This document shows positions 28,639 to 38,071 of a stretch of 55,409 nt of DNA, piece after piece (positions within the stretch are counted from its first letter, which is position 1; each line of letters opens with the position of its first letter). The DNA comes from a virus (Duplodnaviria; Heunggongvirae; Uroviricota; Caudoviricetes). The position numbers were made by a program, and so were the translations under genes. The DNA is taken from IMG/VR virus record IMGVR_UViG_2531839531_000009; one strand, written 5' to 3'. Under the pieces are notes generated by a model. It searched no databases. It was not told where the DNA came from and saw only the letters and a program-made list of their open reading frames with translations.

Positions 28639-29211
28639 ATGAGAGACATTGATGTAAGAAAGGCTGTGCATGCCAAGATTCTGAGAGATCATCATAAAGA
28701 TCCTGACACCCTAATCATTGATGAGTTTACGATGAATCTAGGGGCTAGCAGAGCTGATATAGCAGTGATCAATGGGCTTATACATGGTTATGAGTTGAAG
28801 AGCAAGAGTGATAACTTGCTCAGATTACCAGCGCAGGTGCAACATTACTCATCAGTGATGGATAAAGTAACGTTGGTTGTCTCTGATTGCCATCTTTATG
28901 ATGCTTTAAGCATAGTTCCATCATGGTGGGGGATAAAGCAAGTTACGCAAGGTGCACGGCAAGGTATCCATTTAAAAACAATTCGAACTAGCAAGTTGAA
29001 TCCACAAGTGGACAAACTTTCCTTAACAATGCTTCTTTGGAAAGATGAATTGCTTTCCCTATTAAGTGATGTAGGGGAGCTACAGAATTTGAAAAATAAA
29101 CCTAAACGCGTCTTATGGTCAAAACTCGCCAATAGTATGGATGTTGGCGAGCTTCGTGAAGCTGTTCGAGTTAAACTTAAAGCCCGTAAAGAGTGGCGAG
29201 TTGCTCAATAA
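28639..29211 (+). CDS. PD-(D/E)xK nuclease-like protein (resembles proteins I recall annotated as sce7726 family)
   Basis: 190 aa; LIIDEF...RADIAVINGLIHGYELKSKSDN fits a PD-(D/E)xK D...D...E-x-K pattern; AT-rich coding sequence; 3' end overlaps the convergent partner by 35 bp. Confidence 0.6.
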   Translation: MRDIDVRKAVHAKILRDHHKDPDTLIIDEFTMNLGASRADIAVINGLIHGYELKSKSDNLLRLPAQVQHYSSVMDKVTLVVSDCHLYDALSIVPSWWGIKQVTQGARQGIHLKTIRTSKLNPQVDKLSLTMLLWKDELLSLLSDVGELQNLKNKPKRVLWSKLANSMDVGELREAVRVKLKARKEWRVAQ

Positions 29212-30274
29212 CCTTAGTTATGTGATGGTTTTGCCCAATCCTACGCCATACCTCTGGGCTACCAAATTTATAGTTACCAGAGGGATTGGCTTTGTAGGCT
29301 TGATACTCGTTTGCATAATATTCTATGTCTCTATCTCCCGCACAGAATGTAGGCCCTGAATATTCTCGATGAGCAAGAATATCCTCACTATGTTTACCAT
29401 ATTGTTCATAACCAAAGCGATTAGCTACTCTTCCTCGAAATACCCAAAAGTCATTATCTCCAGAGTATCTGACGCTGGCAGATACGCTAGGGAATCGCGT
29501 CGAAAGCCTATTAAAGTCGGGGTGCTGTACTCCATAATCACTATAAATCACATTTCTGGCAAGTTCTTTTCTATTCATTAAACTCTGCCATAAAATCCAC
29601 TCGATTCGAGGTTGAGAATATAGACCAACAGAAATATCACTGAGATCTGTAGGAAATGAACCCCCAGAAATAATCACTTTCCTGTATTCATTGAGGTGCG
29701 CCAGATTGTTTATCAATCCCATTGCCAAAGTATATAGTTCGCCGGAATTAAGTTTATCCTCGGTTAACTCATCTCTTAAGTCAATAATTATATCAAAATT
29801 TGATAAAGGAATTCCCAGATGATTAATGTAATGCGTTATTAATTGTGGGTTAACCAGATCTAACGTAGTTAATCTCAAGCATATTTCATTCTGCATTAAT
29901 TCATCAATCGCTCTTTTATAGTTAGATGGGCGAGTTGGTGAACTGACAGGAATAACTCTTATTCCCATATCTCTAACTTGATTAACCGCATTCATTATAG
30001 GGTAATGATCTTCAGGAGAAATAAAATGCTCTTCAATTAATAATCCATCAATATAAACACCTTGCATATCTGAGCAAGATTTTGAGACTTTCTTTCCGAA
30101 CTCTATAAGAGTCTCGTTATAACTCTTTAAGGCAATACCTGAATCAGGGTCAATTGGCACTGGTTCAATTTCGAGTAATGGCAAAATTTTTGATTTCTTT
30201 TCAATGGATAGCTGCGATAAAGCTGATAACTCAGAACGTTTCGCTTTCAGAATAGGAATATATGAAATTGTCAT
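29177..30274 (-). CDS. hypothetical 365-aa protein (resembles proteins I recall annotated as sce7725/beta family)
   Basis: Long AT-rich ORF convergent with the nuclease-like gene; no motif identifiable by eye. Confidence 0.6.
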   Translation of the reverse strand: MTISYIPILKAKRSELSALSQLSIEKKSKILPLLEIEPVPIDPDSGIALKSYNETLIEFGKKVSKSCSDMQGVYIDGLLIEEHFISPEDHYPIMNAVNQVRDMGIRVIPVSSPTRPSNYKRAIDELMQNEICLRLTTLDLVNPQLITHYINHLGIPLSNFDIIIDLRDELTEDKLNSGELYTLAMGLINNLAHLNEYRKVIISGGSFPTDLSDISVGLYSQPRIEWILWQSLMNRKELARNVIYSDYGVQHPDFNRLSTRFPSVSASVRYSGDNDFWVFRGRVANRFGYEQYGKHSEDILAHREYSGPTFCAGDRDIEYYANEYQAYKANPSGNYKFGSPEVWRRIGQNHHITKVIEQLATLYGL

Positions 30275-30830
30275 GTTAATACCTTATACAGAATCAATTA
30301 ACAATTAATGGTTCTTCGGACATTGAAATTTATATCGCAAAAATTGGCAAACTCTCCTCGACTACTCACTTGTGGGTATCCTGGCGTAAAAGGAATGACT
30401 TGGCAATACCCGGTGTGATCATAAGTCATTGAAAATGATCATTTTTATCAGCCTTTCTTCCATGATGAATGCTAATGCCATTTGATTTGTTGAGGTGAAA
30501 ACTATTAAAAATCAAAACGATGTAATTGAAATGAACGTTCGGTAGCATTCACGCTTTAAATGTTTCTTTTGTGCTGATTGGATGAATTTTGGTCACTTAT
30601 GATGAGAGATGTTGCAGGAAAAGAAGTTGGCATTGATCTATTGGATAGTTAGAATTGCTGCGGGTGCTTGAGGCTATCTGCCTCAGGCATGAACACCAAA
30701 AGGCAGATAGAGAAAAGCCCCAGTTAACATTACGCGTCCTGCAAGACGTTTAACATTAATCTGAGGCCATATCTATGCGACACATAGAGATTAGCCTCTT
30801 ACGGACCGAAAGGTCAAGGAGAAGCAGGCT

Positions 30831-30986
30831 ATGAAGCAGCAAAAGGCGATGCTAATCGCCCTGATCGTCATCTGTTTAACCGTCATAGTGACGGCACTGG
30901 TAACGAGGAAAGACCTCTGCGAGGTACGAATCCGAACCGGCCAGACGGAGGTCGCTGTCTTCACAGCTTACGAACCTGAGGAGTAA
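30831..30986 (+). CDS. hokD: Hok/Gef-family type I toxin (HokD/RelF-like, 51 aa)
   Basis: Unlisted short ORF: MKQQKAMLIALIVICLTVIVTALVTRKDLCEVRIRTGQTEVAVFTAYEPEE; preceded by a short overlapping mok-like frame and followed by hairpins. Confidence 0.75.
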   Translation: MKQQKAMLIALIVICLTVIVTALVTRKDLCEVRIRTGQTEVAVFTAYEPEE

Positions 30987-31055
30987 GAGACCAGGCGAGG
31001 GAGAAATCCCTCGCCACCTCTCATGTGTCAGGCATCCTCAACGCACCCGCACTAA

Positions 31056-31077
31056 ACCCGCTTCGGCGGGTTTTTTG
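31056..31077 (+). terminator. rho-independent terminator after hok
   Basis: CCCGC-TTCG-GCGGG hairpin followed by TTTTTTG. Confidence 0.5.
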
Positions 31078-31261
31078 TTGCGTGCTGAATGCGCAGGGTG
31101 AAAAATAACCATATATTTGATTATATACACAACAAAAAATAAAAGTCATTGTACCTGCACATTAAATAATCAAATATACAGCGTGAAATAAATATTTTTC
31201 AGATTAATATTTTTGTCTCTATGTGGATATAACCGTTTGTACTTATAAACTCGGAGGCATC

Positions 31262-31474
31262 GTGGAAAAAATAAAGAAACTATTTAGTTGCAAATACGCA
31301 GTCATACGTCGTGATGACCTGTCAGTTATAGTCGAAATGGATTACTTCCCTGAACCCCCAAAATCAATGATGTATCGTAATGGTCGAAAGGCAATTTTTT
31401 TACCGATGAGGGTAAGTGACATTATGGGAAATGATAAACTGCTGGATGAATTGCGAGTCAGAGCATCCTGTTAG
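31262..31474 (+). CDS. small protein, Rem-like by position
   Basis: GTG start preceded by CGGAGG within ORF 31223..31474; gene order hok, small gene, DUF1367-like, Q resembles K-12 Qin (hokD, rem, ydfU, quuQ) as recalled. Confidence 0.4.
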   Translation: MEKIKKLFSCKYAVIRRDDLSVIVEMDYFPEPPKSMMYRNGRKAIFLPMRVSDIMGNDKLLDELRVRASC

Positions 31475-31545
31475 TATTGGCATTAATTCTGGTATACTAC
31501 ATAACGGGCTGAACACCCATTCTACTGCGCCAGCGGAGAACTACG

Positions 31546-32145
31546 ATGGCGCATATACAACTGGTCAAACAAACCTCTTCCGGATTACTTCTCCCGGCGA
31601 CGCCGGAGAGTTGCGATTTTTTGCATCAAATCAAAATAGGTGAGTGGATACACGCAGACTTTAAGCGGGTGCGTAACTACGCATTCCACAAGCGTTTTTT
31701 CAAACTCCTGCAACTGGGATTCGATTACTGGACTCCGGTCGGTGGGGCGATCACGCCTCGCGAACGAAAACTGGTATCAGGCTTCGTTGATTACCTGTGC
31801 GAATCAGTAGGTCGGGAACACACTCCAGCCCTGAGTGATGCCGCAGAGCAATACCTTAATACAGTTGCGACATGCAGAACCCGGGATACGGCATTGCTAA
31901 AGTCGTTTGACGCTTTCCGCGAGTGGGTAACCATTCAGGCCGGATTTTACACCGAGCATATTTATCCTGATGGTAGTCGTGGGCGCAGGGCAAAATCTAT
32001 CGCATTTGCGAACATGGACGAAACCGAGTTTCAGCAGGTTTATAAATCTGTACTGAATGTGCTGTGGAACTGGATCCTGTTCCGTAAATTTTCCTCTCCG
32101 GAGGAAGTCGAAAATGTGGCCGCGCAGTTACTGGAGTTTGCGTAA
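31546..32145 (+). CDS. phage protein (YdfU/DUF1367-like)
   Basis: 199-aa ORF upstream of the Q-like gene. Confidence 0.5.
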   Translation: MAHIQLVKQTSSGLLLPATPESCDFLHQIKIGEWIHADFKRVRNYAFHKRFFKLLQLGFDYWTPVGGAITPRERKLVSGFVDYLCESVGREHTPALSDAAEQYLNTVATCRTRDTALLKSFDAFREWVTIQAGFYTEHIYPDGSRGRRAKSIAFANMDETEFQQVYKSVLNVLWNWILFRKFSSPEEVENVAAQLLEFA

Positions 32146-32435
32146 TGGTGGATTTACGTAAAGCGGCGCGGGGGCAGATGTGCACCGTCAGAATTCCTAG
32201 CTACTGCAATCACAATCCCGAAACTTCTGTGCTGGCGCATTACAGGCTGGCGGGGACGTGCGGAACAGCGATAAAGCCACACGATATGCAGGCAGCGATT
32301 GCCTGTAGCTCGTGCCACGATTTAATCGACGGGCGGGTAAAAACCAGCGATTACACCAAAGAAGAATTACGCCTGATGCATGCAGAAGGTGTTTTTCGCA
32401 CACAAGAAATCTGGAGAAAGGAGGGATATTTATGA
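32145..32435 (+). CDS. hypothetical Cys-rich protein
   Basis: 96 aa with several Cys/His (CTVRIPSYCNH...CSSCHD); start overlaps the upstream stop. Confidence 0.45.
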   Translation: MVDLRKAARGQMCTVRIPSYCNHNPETSVLAHYRLAGTCGTAIKPHDMQAAIACSSCHDLIDGRVKTSDYTKEELRLMHAEGVFRTQEIWRKEGYL

Positions 32436-32974
32436 TTTACCCAACGAATACAGGAAAAAGCGGAGAACACCTTCGTCTCACCACGCTGGAAAGTGTCTGG
32501 ATTCAGGGAAAACTGCGCATGTGGGGGCGCTGGTCGTATATTGGCGGCGGTAAGACGGGGAATATGTTCAACCAGTTGTTGGCCTCTAAAAAGCTGACAA
32601 AAACGGCAATTAACGAGGCGCTCCGGAGGATGAAAAAAGCAGGTCTGAACAAGTCTGAACTTGAGGCTTTTTTGCGGGATATGATTAACGGTAAGCAAAA
32701 GAGCTGGCTGGCGCATTGTACTGATGCAGAGGCGTTATGTATTGATCGGGTGATTAGTGAAGTGCTGGCAGAACACCCAGGATTGATTTTTATCCTCCGG
32801 CAACGATATGAAGGGAGGGGGATGACTAAGCGAAAAATGGCTGAATTGCTAAATGATGCACACCCTGAGTGGTGTTTTAGCACATGCGAAAAGCGAATTG
32901 CTAATTGGTTGGCTGTTGCTGAGTATGCGCTGTACGTTCCCATGCGAGAATCATTCGCTCAAAAAATAGCTTGA
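32432..32974 (+). CDS. late-gene antiterminator, Q-like (QuuQ-type)
   Basis: 180 aa from internal ATG with GGAGGG SD; followed by a short hairpin with T-run and then tRNA and lysis genes. Confidence 0.6.
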   Translation: MIYPTNTGKSGEHLRLTTLESVWIQGKLRMWGRWSYIGGGKTGNMFNQLLASKKLTKTAINEALRRMKKAGLNKSELEAFLRDMINGKQKSWLAHCTDAEALCIDRVISEVLAEHPGLIFILRQRYEGRGMTKRKMAELLNDAHPEWCFSTCEKRIANWLAVAEYALYVPMRESFAQKIA

Positions 32975-33059
32975 TTTTTTACGCATAAACTGCTTCAATC
33001 CCGGTATGCTTCGCAAAGCTGTATCGCGAGGCGAATAGCAGTTTTGAACATCTAAAGAC

Positions 33060-33081
33060 CCCGTTTAATGCGGGTTTTTTT
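33060..33081 (+). terminator. candidate tR'-like terminator downstream of Q
   Basis: CCCG-tttaatg-CGGG hairpin followed by T7; short stem, so weak. Confidence 0.35.
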
Positions 33082-33328
33082 ATGCCCAAAAACGAAGTAG
33101 TGCGTTAAAATGTGATGGTCGGGAGTATACAGACTTTTATATAGCACTGCGTAAAAATCAATTTATCCGGGGTAAATGTCAATTTGCTTATAAAAAAACA
33201 AAAAGATAAATTTATAGCAATTGTGTTTCTTTGGGTTGAAAGTTTTAATGTCGTCAGTATTATCTGAAGCGGTTCTGAGGAGGGGGTTTCCATTGCTCGG
33301 CCACGATACTTCCGAGGAACCAATTAAC

Positions 33329-33404
<76 letters not shown>

Positions 33405-33407
33405 TAT

Positions 33408-33482
<75 letters not shown>

Positions 33483-33846
33483 GCAGAGGACGATGCTAGG
33501 CTGTTTCAGGCACTGACACATTATATGTGTGGGATGTTTTACCCTAACTCCTTACCACATCCTGTTCTGTAATGAATATTATTTATTACGGTACCAGTGT
33601 TGTTTTTTTACAATAGTGGAATGGTGCATTACTGGTGGAGATTTGTATTTCCTGGCAGGGCTGGTAATGTATCATTCCGGTGTTGTAAATAACACCCCAG
33701 AGACGTTCCTCAGTGCGAGGGTGGTTGAAAGAGTCGGTTTTGCGGGAAACCACAGCATCCATGCAGGACTGGATGTTTCGGGAGGCCCCGACGTCTCTGG
33801 TCATAATAAAATCATAGTGTTCTCTTCATGCCATTTTATGCCATAG

Positions 33847-33871
33847 ACCGCCACGCCAGGCGGTTTTTTTT
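33847..33871 (+). terminator. rho-independent terminator
   Basis: ACCGCC-acgcca-GGCGGT hairpin followed by T8. Confidence 0.5.
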
Positions 33872-34053
33872 ATTCAGAATTCAGTATTTATGCGGCTCGC
33901 TACGGCGGGCCTTTTTCATATCCGCGCCACGCCCGGCGCATATCAAAAACCACAGAGCCTTTCAGGGGTGAGCTTACGGGATGGTCAGTGTGACTTTCTC
34001 TGTGGGCTGGTCACCCCCGGGCGCAGGCCCACCCACTAAGAGGAAACGTCACG

Positions 34054-34480
34054 ATGTTTGGTATTTTCAAAAAGAAAACCCGCAAGGCCATTACCGAAGT
34101 GAAGAAGATGGAGAACCGTGACGCAGTGGAGGCGACCGTCTGGGGCGCGTACTCCATTGCATACGCTGACGGCACCTGTGACGCGAAAGAAATCGCGGTA
34201 CTGGAAAAAAACCATTGCAGCACTTCCTGTCTTTGCGCCGTTCTCCGGTGAGATTGCACAAATGAGTGCAAATATCCGCGCCCGTTATGAAGCGTCGCCG
34301 CGTTCTGCCAATGCCGAAGCTCTTCGTCAGCTGGCTGATGTTGCCGGTACTGATGATGCAGTTAATGTGCTGTGCCTGTGTCTGGATATCGCTGACCAGG
34401 ACGGTATCGGTCAGGAAGAAGAAGCGCAACTGAAGAAAATTGCGCAGGCGCTGCAGTTGCCGCTGGAGCAGTACCTGTGA
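34054..34480 (+). pseudogene. TerB-like protein gene split by a frameshift at an A7 tract
   Basis: ORFs 34054..34251 and 34118..34480 together read as one TerB-like protein; the frame change maps to gaaaaaaacc (A7 at 34205..34211). Confidence 0.45.
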
Positions 34481-34715
34481 AAAGTGCGCGCCTTGTGCTG
34501 GCTGTCATCCTGTTGTTTCTGGTAGTGGTGGTTGATTTCACCGGACGACTGATGTCGGTGCTGGCAGATGGTGTGCTGGTGGCGATGGCGCTGGTCGTGC
34601 TCCGGCCTTTACTGCGTAAATCTGAATAACATCACACAAAAGGCATCTGCGGATGCCTTTGACGGGGTGTTTTTTACGGGGCGCTGGTGGCCCTTTTTTA
34701 TTTTCAGGAGGAAGT

Positions 34716-35108
34716 ATGTCTGAACCCTTATCCGGTTCCGGCACGGCTGCTGCGCTGGGTGGCGCGACGGTATTCGGGCTGTTTACCGGGATGGATTTCG
34801 GGATTGTGTTTGGCGCGTTCGCCGGGGCGTTATTTGTGGCAACGATGCCGCAGTCACTTTCAGTCTGGCGCGTGGTGGCACATTTTCTGGTGTCGTTTAT
34901 TGTCGGCGTGCTGGGAGCGCGTGTGCTGTCAGCCTGGATTGCATCAAAAACAGGGTATGACGGTACATCAGCAGATGCGCTTTGCGCGGTGCTGGTCTCG
35001 GTTGTGTCGGTGAAGATTCTCTCGTTCATCCACCAGCAGGATATTGCATCGCTGGTGTCCGGTGTGTTCTCCCGCCTGCGGGGTGGAGGAGGCGGCAATG
35101 TTAAGTAA
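34716..35108 (+). CDS. putative holin-like membrane protein
   Basis: ATG with AGGAGG SD; hydrophobic Gly/Ala-rich segments typical of small membrane proteins; directly upstream of the endolysin. Confidence 0.45.
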   Translation: MSEPLSGSGTAAALGGATVFGLFTGMDFGIVFGAFAGALFVATMPQSLSVWRVVAHFLVSFIVGVLGARVLSAWIASKTGYDGTSADALCAVLVSVVSVKILSFIHQQDIASLVSGVFSRLRGGGGGNVK

Positions 35109-35373
35109 CCTTCCCGGATTGCTGAATGTGGTGTTATGCACAGTTATCGTGCTGACGCTCTTTTTTTATCGTCGCCGTGATTCCAGACATAAACCGCTGG
35201 TGTCATGGCTGGCCTGGCTGCTGATGCTGCTGTATGCCTTTGCGCCCCTCAGCTATCTGTGTGGTCGCCCGTTAGCAACGGGCTGGCTGGAAGTGTTTTT
35301 TAACCTGCTGTTCTGCGTGCTGGTGATACGCGCACGCGGGAACGTCACAAAAATCTTTCCATTGTTGAGGTGA
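35098..35373 (+). CDS. small membrane protein (holin/antiholin-like)
   Basis: ATG preceded by GGAGGAGG; predicted transmembrane segments. Confidence 0.4.
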   Translation: MLSNLPGLLNVVLCTVIVLTLFFYRRRDSRHKPLVSWLAWLLMLLYAFAPLSYLCGRPLATGWLEVFFNLLFCVLVIRARGNVTKIFPLLR

Positions 35374-35375
35374 AT

Positions 35376-35753
35376 ATGTCGGGTAAATTCAGATTTAGTC
35401 GTCGCAGCGAAAAGAATCTGGAGGGCGTTAAACCACAGCTGGTTGCTGTCGTTCGCCGTGCGCTGGAGCTGACGGAGGTTGATTTCGGTATTACGGAAGG
35501 GCTGCGCACGAAAGAACGCCAGAAACAGCTGGTCGCGGAAGGGAAAAGCCAGACCATGAACAGCCGCCACCTGACCGGTGATGCGGTGGATGTTGTTGCC
35601 TGGGTTGGCAGCCAGGTGTCATGGGACTGGCCTCTGTACGAGAAAATCGCGCAGGCATTTAAGCAGGCTGCCGCAGAGCTGGGAACTGCCATCGAATGGG
35701 GCGGGGACTGGAAAACACTGAAAGACGGACCTCACTTTCAGTTGAAACGCTGA
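35376..35753 (+). CDS. endolysin, peptidase M15-like
   Basis: 126 aa; GITEGLRTKERQKQLVAEGKS...SRHLTGDAVDVV...GGDW...DGPHFQL matches the M15 hedgehog/DD-peptidase pattern. Confidence 0.65.
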   Translation: MSGKFRFSRRSEKNLEGVKPQLVAVVRRALELTEVDFGITEGLRTKERQKQLVAEGKSQTMNSRHLTGDAVDVVAWVGSQVSWDWPLYEKIAQAFKQAAAELGTAIEWGGDWKTLKDGPHFQLKR

Positions 35754-35767
35754 TAACCAGGTGTGTT

Positions 35768-35950
35768 ATGAGCAGAAAACACTGGACACACAGAATACCG
35801 CGAGTGGCGGCGAAATGGGCACTGGTAGCGATACTGGTGCCTTTTTTATTGGTGGGATGCGTCAGCCTGGATAAGGCGCGCCAGCTTTCCGATACAGCTT
35901 CTCAGGTCTGTGAAATTGTCGACGGTGTTCGGCAGTGTATGCAGAACTGA
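35768..35950 (+). CDS. spanin-like lipoprotein
   Basis: 60 aa; signal peptide with lipobox LLVGC; directly after the endolysin. Confidence 0.45.
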   Translation: MSRKHWTHRIPRVAAKWALVAILVPFLLVGCVSLDKARQLSDTASQVCEIVDGVRQCMQN

Positions 35951-36354
35951 TCGCCTGTAATAGCAGAATATTTTACTGAAAAATGAAGGGTGCGCCAGCG
36001 TCCGGAAAGCATGAAATTCTGCTGCGTGTGCCAATTTTATCTTATTCATCCTAAATCTTGCCGAATCAAGATGAACTTTGATCAACTGCCTGGCGGCAAG
36101 GGGCATTAAAACAGGAGAAAATTATGTGGAAATCTACAGGTGACAAGTTAATCACCGCGTTGATTGACGGCAAGCCACAATACTTACGCATTGAAATGAG
36201 TGGTCAGCATGCTCGTTTGATTCGTGAGTAACAGGCATTACAGCAGCCCTTCAGTGTGAGGGGCTGCGATAATGTCAAAGCTCGTTATCAGCACCCGCCG
36301 CGCACCCAGCGCACTGGCCGATAGCGGGCTTTTTTATTCATAAAGCGAGTCTGT

Positions 36355-37146
36355 ATGAGCGAGAAATTGAAGATTGGCTATCGCCCTTTACAAGAACTGT
36401 CTCCGTATGCACACAACGCCAGGACACACAGCCCTGAGCAGGTGGCACAACTGGTAGAAAGCATTAAGCAATTCGGCTGGACTAATCCGGTGCTGATTGA
36501 TGAAAAGGGCGAAATTATTGCTGGTCACGGTCGCGTTATGGCGGCTGAAGTGCTCAAAATGGATTCCATTCCGGTCATCGTTCTGTCTGGTTTGATGGAT
36601 GATCAGAAAAAGGCGTACCGCCTGGCAGATAATCGCCTGCCGATGAATGCTGGCTGGGATGAAGATCTGTTACGGATGGAGCTGTCGGACCTAATCAATG
36701 CTGATTTTGATGTCTCCCTGACAGGCTTCAGCCCGACAGAAATTGATGAACTGTTGACGGATGTTTTGCCCGGTACAGGAAATGAGGAGGAGCCGTATAC
36801 GACGAAAATTGATACGCCTGTTTATGAGCCGTCGGGCGGTAAACCGGATATCAGTGAACTGTACGACGATACGAAAACTCAGGAGCTGATCAGCCGGATA
36901 CGTTCGGCGTCCCTTGATCCTGATATTGAGAAATTCCTCCTGTGTGCGGCAGAACGTCACACGGTGTTTAATTTCAGCAGAATTGCGGACTATTACGCTC
37001 ACGCCCCCGCTGAAATTCAGTGCCTTTTCGAGGATTCGGCGCTGGTGATCATTGATTATCAGCAGGCTATTGAAAATGGATTTGTCCGGATGACGCAGCG
37101 CATGGTGGAGATCATGCATGGCGGGGAGGAGGAGGAATATGCGTGA
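36355..37146 (+). CDS. ParB N-terminal domain (ParB/Srx-like) protein
   Basis: 263 aa; N-terminal LSPYAHNARTHSPEQVAQLVESIKQFGWTNPVLIDEKGEIIAGHGRVMAA is a ParB-N signature; no methyltransferase motifs. Confidence 0.65.
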   Translation: MSEKLKIGYRPLQELSPYAHNARTHSPEQVAQLVESIKQFGWTNPVLIDEKGEIIAGHGRVMAAEVLKMDSIPVIVLSGLMDDQKKAYRLADNRLPMNAGWDEDLLRMELSDLINADFDVSLTGFSPTEIDELLTDVLPGTGNEEEPYTTKIDTPVYEPSGGKPDISELYDDTKTQELISRIRSASLDPDIEKFLLCAAERHTVFNFSRIADYYAHAPAEIQCLFEDSALVIIDYQQAIENGFVRMTQRMVEIMHGGEEEEYA

Positions 37147-38071
37147 TGATTTTTGCGCCTTTATTCTGACTCACGGGCGACCGGACAAAGTTCTGACTTA
37201 CCGGACGTTGCGTCGTGCTGGCTATACCGGGAAAATTTTTATCGTTGTTGATGATGAAGATAAGACACGGCATCAGTACATAGCTGAATTTGGTGAACAG
37301 GTGCTGGTGTTTTCCAAATCCGATATCGCCAGTCGTTTTGACGAAGCCGATAATTTCGGTGACCGCCGCTCAATTTTTTACGCCCGTAATGCTTGTTTCG
37401 ACCTGGCAAAACTGGTCGGGTGTAAATTCTTCATTCAGCTCGATGATGATTATCACGAGTTCCAGTTTCGGGTGGATCGCAACTATGACCAGGCCTATTT
37501 TCCGATAAGAAAACTGGATGCGATCCTTTCTGAAATGCTGGCGTACTACGAATCAATACCTGCGCTTTCCATCGCTATGTCGCAGGGCGGGGATTTTCTT
37601 GGTGACAATGGCGGCCATGCTTCGTGGGTGAAACGCAAGGCAATGAACAGCTTTATCTGTTCGGTTGATCGACCGTTCTCATTCATGGGACGCATTAACG
37701 AGGATGTGAATACGTACACGAATCTCGGTCGCTGTGGTGAATTGTTTATGACGATCGGTGCTGTCCAGTTAGGGCAGAAACAGACGCAGAAAAACAGCGG
37801 CGGAATGACCGAGCTGTATCTGGATTCCGGAACCTACGTTAAAAGTTTTTACTCCGTCATGTATGCGCCGTCGTGCGTAAAAATCTCACTGATGGGTGCC
37901 AGCCATAAACGCATTCACCATCAGGTCACCTGGAACAACGCTGCAGTAAAAATCCTTCACGAAAAATACAGGAAGAAGACACCCTGCATATCAATGGGGG
38001 TGACAAATGATTCCGTATTCGAAAGTCGAGTCTCTGGCAGCGTGCCGGATGACTGCACAACAAATCGCTGA
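37139..38071 (+). CDS. putative GT-A-like nucleotide-sugar transferase (DxD motif)
   Basis: Strong SD GGGGAGGAGGAGG; N-terminal AFILTHGRPDKV...IFIVVDDEDK and FFIQLDDDY resemble GT-A/GT2 signatures; assignment by eye. Confidence 0.4.
   Translation: MRDDFCAFILTHGRPDKVLTYRTLRRAGYTGKIFIVVDDEDKTRHQYIAEFGEQVLVFSKSDIASRFDEADNFGDRRSIFYARNACFDLAKLVGCKFFIQLDDDYHEFQFRVDRNYDQAYFPIRKLDAILSEMLAYYESIPALSIAMSQGGDFLGDNGGHASWVKRKAMNSFICSVDRPFSFMGRINEDVNTYTNLGRCGELFMTIGAVQLGQKQTQKNSGGMTELYLDSGTYVKSFYSVMYAPSCVKISLMGASHKRIHHQVTWNNAAVKILHEKYRKKTPCISMGVTNDSVFESRVSGSVPDDCTTNR

Noticed and set aside
32973-33045. Candidate late promoter (TTGATT ... TTCAAT) downstream of the Q-like gene
   Set aside because: The -10 match is poor and I cannot place a qut site confidently; only the downstream hairpin is reported, at low confidence.
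33529-33846. 105-aa + ORF between the tRNAs and the TerB-like gene
   Set aside because: Cys/Phe-rich N-terminus and no SD; it ends just before a terminator, so a short real gene at its 3' end cannot be excluded, but the evidence is too weak to call.
34538-35098. 186-aa minus-strand ORF
   Set aside because: Antisense to the two SD-supported membrane-protein genes; Pro/Ala/Ser-rich; likely spurious.
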